This document shows positions 56,859 through 64,000 of a stretch of 64,000 nucleotides of DNA, piece by piece. The notes under the pieces are model-generated. The model did no database searches, had not been told where the DNA came from, and saw only the letters and a list, made by a program, of their open reading frames with translations. Source of the DNA: Tubulanus polymorphus (lineage: Eukaryota; Animalia; Nemertea). Both the position numbers and the translations under genes were made by a program. Position 1 is the first letter of the stretch; each line of letters starts with the position of its first letter. The stretch lies in contig NC_134031.1 in the NCBI RefSeq assembly GCF_964204645.1, forward strand, positions 10,106,001 through 10,170,000. Reading direction: 5' to 3'.

Positions 56859-58225
56859 GGTTTAATAGTTTTACTAAGTTTTACTTGTCTTCTGCTGGAT
56901 AGGTGCGCAGGGGGCCGCGGTTTAATAGTTTTACTAAGTTTTACTTGTCTTCTGCTGGATAGGTGCGCAGGGGGCCGCGGTTTAATAGTTTTACTAAGTT
57001 TTACTTGTCTTCTGCTGGATAGGTGCGCAGGGGGCCGCGGTTTAATAGTTTTACTAAGTTTTACTTGTCTTCTGCTGGATAGGTGCGCAGGGGGCCGCGG
57101 TTTAATAGTTTTACTAAGTTTTACTTGTCTTCTGCTGGATAGGTGCGCAGGGGGCCGCGGTTTAATAGTTTTACTAAGTTTTACTTGTCTACTGCTGGAT
57201 ATGTGCGCAAGGGGCCGCGGTTTAATAGTTTTACTAAGTTTTACTTGTCTTCTGCTGGATAGGTGCGCAGGGGGCCGCGGTTTAATAGTTTTACTAAGTT
57301 TTACTTGTCTACTGCTGGATATGTGCGCAAGGGGCCGCGGTTTAATAGTTTTACTAAGTTTTACTTGTCTACTGCTGTATATGTGCGCAAGGGGCCGCGG
57401 TTTAATAGTTTTACTAAGTTTTACTTGTCTTCTGCTGGATAAGTGCGCAGGGGGCCGCGTTTTAAAAGTTTTAATAGTTTTACTTGTCTTCTGCTGGATA
57501 GGTGCGCAGGGGGCCGCGGTTTAATAGTGTAAATAGTTTTACTTGTCTTCTGCTGGATAGGTGCGCAGGGGGCCGCGGTTTAATAGTTTTACTAAGTTTT
57601 ACTTGTCTTCTGCTGGATAGGTGCGCAGGGGGCCGCGGTTTAATAGTTTTACTAAGTTTTACTTGTCTTCTGCTGGATGGGTGCGCAGGGGGCCGCGTTT
57701 TAAAAGTTTTAATAGTTTTACTTGTCTTCTGCTGGATAGGTGCGCAAGGGGCCGCGGTTTAATAGTTTTACTAAGTTTTACTTGTCTTCTGCTGGATTGG
57801 TGCGCAGGGGGCCGCGGTTTAATAGTTTTACTAAGTTTTACTTGTCTTCTGCTGGATAGGTGCGCAGGGGGCCGCGGTTTAATAGTTTTACCATAGTTTT
57901 ACTTGTCTACTGCTGGATATGTGCGCAGGGGGCCGCGTTTTAAAAGTTTTTATAGTTTTACTTGTCTTCTGCTGGATAGGTGCGCAGGGGGCCGCGTTTT
58001 AATAGTGTAAATAGTTTTACTTGTCTGCTGCTGGATAAGTGCGCAGGGGGCCGCGTTTTAATAGTGTAAATAGTTTTACTTGTCTTCTGCTAGATAGGTG
58101 CGCAGGGGGCCGCGTTTTAAAAGTTTTAATAGTTTTACTTGTCTTCTGCTAGATAGGTGCGCAGGGGGCCGCGTTTTAATAGTGTAAATAGTTTTACTTG
58201 TCTTCTGCTGGATAGGTGCGCAGGG
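56859..58225. repeat. 59-60 bp tandem array, about 23 copies
   Basis: Unit ggtttaatagttttactaagttttacttgtcttctgctggataggtgcgcagggggccgc; the first five copies are identical. Confidence 0.97.
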
Positions 58226-59319
58226 TTAGGGTTAAATTTAATTTCCTGATGATTCATTTCAGCTTATCCAGTTATTATTCGAATGACGTTTTACACAAGG
58301 AAGCTCTCGTCTACATCGTTAGCATTTACAATGCACTACCTTATGAAAACAGTGACGCAATATGCCGACGGACTGAAGCAAAGTCGTTAGTTGACGTATA
58401 TAATCTATTTCGAAAATATTACGGTACAGATTAAGAATATTGAAATCGGAAATCAATCGATCTATAATATCCATATGTATAAATATTTTATTAAGTCAGA
58501 GAAATGTATGTATTATCATTATCATGTTATCGCCAATTATCGAAAGTATTATGATACAAATTAAAGATATCGAGATTAGAAATCAAGCGATCTATAATAT
58601 CCATGTGTATAAATATTTTATTAAGTCTGTGATCTATAAAATCAAGCGATCTATAAAATCCAGTACAACAAGATACGTAAGCTTCAATTTACATGTATGA
58701 ATATTTAAGTCAGTGATGTGTATGTATTATCGTTATTATGCTATTACCAATTATCGAGCCGCCTCTGATACTTATGATGTTTAAGTGTCAACCGAATATG
58801 TATGTCAAATAAATAAATGAACAGTGAAACTCGCATTTTCTCAGCTTTCATCTTATTTTGGACGACTATTTTTTGCTGTTGAAAAACGACGACATGGTGA
58901 ATGGGAAATTCAGGAGTTTAAAAAACCGAGTTATGTACTTTGAGGACGGCCCCCGGCGCGATTGACCTTAATTTTCATAGTAACAATATCAATCCTATAT
59001 CTACGATTTTGAATTACATGATTAAGCATATATAAAAGTTCTAGCTCAAAAATCAAAATTAAATCAGCTTAATTGTTTTTCTATTTAAAAAAGCGAGTTA
59101 AAATAAATTTCTGCATTATTGCTAAAAAATCATCGTTTCGTCTAGCATCACATACCAGTTCTCACTTTACAATACCCGGCCCCCTGCGCACCCATTGAGC
59201 GCAGGGGGCCGCAGCGGCCCCCTGCGCACTCTGCAGACAGACCCCACTCTGTTTGCCTGTGAACGGAAATCTAAGACCTGCTGCATATGGCGTCACAAGC
59301 CCCGAGGCTTGTCATGCCA

Positions 59320-60107
59320 TATTGGGGGCCTGACACGCCATGTGGTAAACATAAAATGAAAATCAAATCCTATGCAGGAGATGAAACGTCGACAACGTCT
59401 CGCAGCTTTACTTCCGAAGTTGAAATATTCGATTGGATATTTATTTGTCATAGATGATTTACAACGTACTATATATACATAATGAGAACACCATATTACA
59501 TGACATATATGAGAATGATTTGATTCAGAAGATTACTTTTAATCAATAACTTATAACGAATAATGTTTGAATCAAACTTTATTTGATATGAATTTCTTAT
59601 TTCGTAAGAATCTGATGGAACAGGAAAATACCAGGGTGGGGTATAACATAACATATCTATCTACGAAATGTATTGATAGATTGAAAACAGTTTACACTTA
59701 AAACACACTTAAAACTTATCATATCCTAATTTCACTGGCATATGAAAAATACAAAAACATACATATTTACAAAACAAGTTTTAGGGAATAGAAATTGATC
59801 TTTGTTTGTTAATCTATTGCGTGTACACACTTTATTCTGAAACACAATTTAAACAATCATTTCGCCAGCATATGAAAAATACAAAAACATTACGATTTTT
59901 ATAGAATAAAAATCTTAATTAACTATCTTACATTTCAATGAATCATTCATCTATTTCACATGATTTGTAGATCATTTAGTCTTAGAAGAACATAGATAAT
60001 GTTAGAAAAACATATATGGCGCGCCAGGCTCCAATCTTGTGCTCTGCAGGACTTCAATATGGCTCCTAAAATCGCGTAGCCTTCTACATGGCGTGTCAGG
60101 CCCCAAA
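59320..60107. mobile_element. Probable MITE with ~21-bp inverted ends
   Basis: ttgggggcctgacacgccatgt / acatggcgtgtcaggccccaa; TSD unclear. Confidence 0.5.
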
Positions 60108-61204
60108 TTGTCTGAAGAATAGTTTCAATAATTGAAACATGATTTGTAAATAATTTAGTCTTAGAAAAAATGCAAATACATTATGAGAATGCCGGTTTGC
60201 TAGCGTATCTATTTAACACCCGTATTGCTCGGGTTAGTTTTACTATCAACGGGTGGCGCTGTATGTAAATTTCACATAAATCAACGACTTTCGGCTATTA
60301 GCGGTACTTAAGACCACTTGAAAACATCATAGTCAATTACGGTAGTTAAACCTTCGGGTATTATACTAGAACACAAATTTTTAAAGATATTCATAACATA
60401 CTGAAGGATATCACAGTTTATACCCGAAGATATGCAGTTGGATAGATCTTTTTGTTTCGACTCGCATGCGACAGTAAAAACGGTACTTGATATAATAAGT
60501 GAACTTCATCATTGATATTTTCACTATCTACTTGAATTCCAAAAAAGAACTGACAATGAAAAAGGGTTACAGCTGTTACTGATATCACTCCAAATTTCAA
60601 TTCCTATGAACACTTTTCATATAAAGAATACTATTAACGAAACAGTTTTTAGAGGCGAAGAATCCGCGTTACCATTGAATTTTCAAAACTTGAAGGAATG
60701 GTTAATGCCTCGGTGACCACTGGTCTAGTACGCGGTTTTCTGAAATGAAAGTGGCCAAGTCTAAAGAACAACTATTGTATCACATGATTTCAAATATTAG
60801 GAACCCAATGCGTTTAATGATTTAATTAATTGGTATCGCGCAGATTGGTTGAAAGACGAGTGTTAGTCACCTTGTGATTTAATTGTTTTTCATGCATCGA
60901 TTAATCAATCTTATTATAACTTATTTGTAGGCGCTTCCCGCAAACATTTTCTATTCGTTGAGTTTTCAATCGCAGTACTGATGATTCGAGTCAAGTAGTA
61001 AAAAAGTTTATGTATTAGCATTACTATGCAGTGAAAATAACGCACTGCGGTAAGTGAGGTGCTGTGATCCAGATGTGTAACCCATTTATGGGTAATAAAT
61101 TTCCATCATGTCAACGCCATTCAAAAACAGTAGCAAAACTTTCTGCTGGTTTCTAGAAATAGCAATACGACGACAAGCACTTTCGAATTCGACCACGATA
61201 TTTG

Positions 61205-61920
61205 AGAAGTTTCACTTGGGCAGTGGTGGTCGGTGATGGTCAATTTATGAATTTTATTGGCGAATCCTTTCTAGTTTCACACCAAATGCGGTACCGGTAT
61301 ATCGTTCTTTCAAGAAGTTTCAATTGGTCAGTGGTGGTCAGTGATGGTCAATCTATGAATTTTCAATGGCGACTCCTTTCTAGTTTCACATCAAATGCGG
61401 TACCGGTATATCGTTCTTTCAAGAAGTTTCAATTGGTCAGTGGTGGTCAGTGATGGTCAATTTATTAATTTTCAATGGCGAATCCTTTCTAGTTTCACAT
61501 CAAATGCGGTACCGGTATATCGTTCTTTCAAGAAGTTTCAATTGGTCAGTGGTGGTCAGTGATGGTCAATTTATTAATTTTCAATGGCGACTCCTTTCTA
61601 GTTTCACATCAAATGCGGTACCGGTATATCGTTCTTTCAAGAAGTTTCAATTGGTCAGTGGTGGTCAGTGATGGTCAATCTATTAATTTTCAATGGCGAC
61701 TCCTTTCTAGTTTCACATCAAATGCGGTACCGGTATATCGTTCTTTCAAGAAGTTTCAATTGGTCAGTGGTGGTCAGTGATGGTCAATTTATTAATTTTC
61801 AATGGCGAATCCTTTCTAGTTTGACACCATAACGCGGCATATCGTTTTCATATTCGAGAAGTTTGAATTGGTCATTGGTGGTCAGTGATGGTCAGTGATG
61901 AATTTGCAATGATGATTCCT
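61205..61920. repeat. 109-bp tandem array, about 6.5 copies
   Basis: Unit agaagtttcaattggtcagtggtggtcagtgatggtcaat...gcggtaccggtatatcgttctttca; edge copies are diverged. Confidence 0.95.
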
Positions 61921-62585
61921 TAGTAGTTTGAAAACAAACATTACATGATGAATTTCCGAAATTCGAAGTCAAGTGTTCAGACTCGGGGATATCTCAATTG
62001 GTCAGTTACTGACCATCATGGTGTCACCATTGTGGTCTATAGCTCAAATGAAACATGTGGAACCGACGAAGGGGCCCAAAAGCGTTAAGTCATTTCCTGG
62101 AGTGACGTGATCCAAAAATGTCCTAACTGGAAAAGGCAGTCTCTCAATTGGATGAAACCAAATCGGACAGGACAATTAAAATTTGGGAAGGTCACAGGTA
62201 GTGGTCTTTCTACGAAGCCCACGCGGTGAGCGTATTATTATGAAATCTTTTTTTAAACCACCATGTACCACGAAGTAATAAGCCTCGTTGTACGCACTTG
62301 AAACAGCCATTAACCACTTGAAACTGTCAGATCAAACATCATACCGCATCCCCGCAAAGAGGGGTGGTTCAGCAAACCGGAGTTTTCATTGGCCTCTCTA
62401 GACTACCCCGCCAGTACGGGTAGCCGAGCAAACCGCAAAACTCATAATGACCGTTACAAAAACTGGCCTAAAATACTCCAAAGTAACACGTATCGCATCT
62501 GTAAATTTGTTGAAAGTGTCGTGCTGTGTATAAAGTGAGTAGCCTACTGAGTATAAATTTAGACAATAAATCAAAAGAATTAAAA

Positions 62586-62865
62586 TAAATATAGCTGCAT
62601 AGCAGCGATAACGGGTTTCTGCCTAACTGGTTCATATGTTGCATTGGGAAGCGTAAAAAAGATTTCATCGAAATTATTCAAATCCGTCTGTAACATAGGA
62701 CTATTTCCAAGAAGCGCAACCTGGGTCAACAATGCTGGATTATGTGGACCCAAAAGGGCTAATATATTAAAAGTACCGATGCACCAAGTCTAATCAAAAT
62801 GGCTTTGAGGATACCGAAGATATGGTCCCCCGGTGGCAGTTGTATCAACTTAATCGTTGCGTGTC
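62586..62865. repeat. ~280-bp direct repeat, second copy at 63720-64000
   Basis: aaatatagctgcatagcagcgataacgg ... cgttgcgtgt at both positions. Confidence 0.9.
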
Positions 62866-63305
62866 GAGGCAGGTGGTGGCCAGAAAAAGAAATATTTCCG
62901 GAAAAATTTTTTTGAAGACGCAAGGCATTGACTGATCAATTGTGTTGTTTTATTTCATAATTTACATTTGATTTGGCAGGTCATCTTGCTTAGGAGTCCG
63001 TTTGTCAAAGCATCAAAGAAACACAGTCCAACTTGTTCATGTCTCAGATGCAGCAGGCCAGGGCGGTCATTATATTGCTAACTTATCCAAATTACACTTA
63101 CAACAGCCCAACGTTTTTCAATGTGTAAACTTTATCATACTCTGCATTATAGGACATTGAGGAATTACATTTTAGCCATCTGAGCCCTGGGCTTGATTCA
63201 ATCAAAAGACCAGCCCTGACGGTTCAACTCCAGAATAGGTCAAAATAGTTCCATCGTGCAGGGTTTTCTTAAACGAGGGGAGTGGTTCGGTTTTCAAATT
63301 GCCGC

Positions 63306-63489
63306 CAGAAACCTGATTGTCGACCATTTCTCGGGTCGGCAATCGGCAATCGGCAGTCAGAAACCTGATAGTCGACCATTTCTCGGGTCGGCAATCGGCA
63401 ATCAGAAACCTGATTGTCGACCATTTCTCGGGTCGGCAATCGGCAATCGGAAACTTGATTGTCGACCATTTTTCGGGTCGGCAATCGGT
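63306..63489. repeat. 42-52 bp minisatellite, 4 copies
   Basis: cagaaacctgattgtcgaccatttctcgggtcggcaatcggcaat. Confidence 0.9.
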
Positions 63490-64000
63490 GCACTTTTATC
63501 AATGGATGACGATTCTTTGCGTTATTTTTGTCGCTGTTTAGACCCGGTAATTATGCGGGATTAATTCATAATAGATTACTATACGCAAATTCGAAATGGT
63601 CAGGCGCTGAGTTATATTTCTGACAGAATTTAAAATTACGTTTATAAGCTGTTGGTAGTCGAATCTGAGAGAAGTTACATTTAATGAAAAATTTTTGGCT
63701 GGAAAGTGGACCATAAATAATAAATATAGCTGCATAGCAGCGATAACGGTTTTCTGCCTAACTGGTTCATATGTTGCAATGGGAAGCGTAAAAAAGATTT
63801 CATCGAAATTATTCAAATCCGTCCATAGCATAGGACTATTAACAAGAAGCGCAACCTGGGTCAACAATATGCTGGATTATGTGGATCCTAAAGGGCTACC
63901 ATGTAAAAAGTACTGATGTACCAAGTCTAATCAAAATGGCTTTGAGGATACCGAAGTTATGGTCCCCCGTGGCAGTTGTATAAACTTAAACGTTGCGTGT

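Larger units (their letters stand above)
56100..59236. mobile_element. Inverted-repeat-bounded element carrying a 60-bp satellite
   Basis: CTGCAGAGTGCGCA(C/G)GGGGCCG is inverted at both ends (21/22). No TSD identified. Confidence 0.6.

Noticed and set aside
56859-58225. CRISPR-like periodicity and ORFs 57201-57896
   Set aside because: Head-to-tail units without unique spacers, in a eukaryotic context with no cas genes; the ORFs are translations of the satellite.
61202-61780. Repeated 73-83 aa ORFs
   Set aside because: Artefacts of the 109-bp array.

Overview
AT-rich metazoan (invertebrate-like) genomic DNA. The backbone is a minus-strand KIFAP3/KAP3 gene (kinesin-II accessory subunit). Coding exons 1-13 run from ATG 55964 down to 5398 and give about 631 codons with all splice phases consistent; the remaining 3' exons are not in the window. 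Two introns are minor-spliceosome (U12) type: an AT-AC intron at 48662-48906 and a GT-type intron starting at 5397. The introns are packed with transposable elements, many with readable TIRs and TSDs: a Sola-type element (9362-15709, 4-bp TSD), a 7.4-kb intron-containing P-like element with CCC/GGG ends (16059-23446, 8-bp TSD), hAT-like elements with 5- and 6-bp TSDs, a deleted piggyBac, a Zator-like MITE, a Penelope fragment carrying a hammerhead ribozyme, and BEL/Pao and LINE relics. There are also about 9 co-oriented Helentron-type (DINE/HINE-like) elements with internal ~154-bp tandem arrays, and a Polinton/virus-like AT-rich relic at the left edge. Upstream of the gene lie a TIR-bounded 60-bp satellite and a 109-bp tandem array. 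Family names come from motif recognition and were not confirmed by database search.
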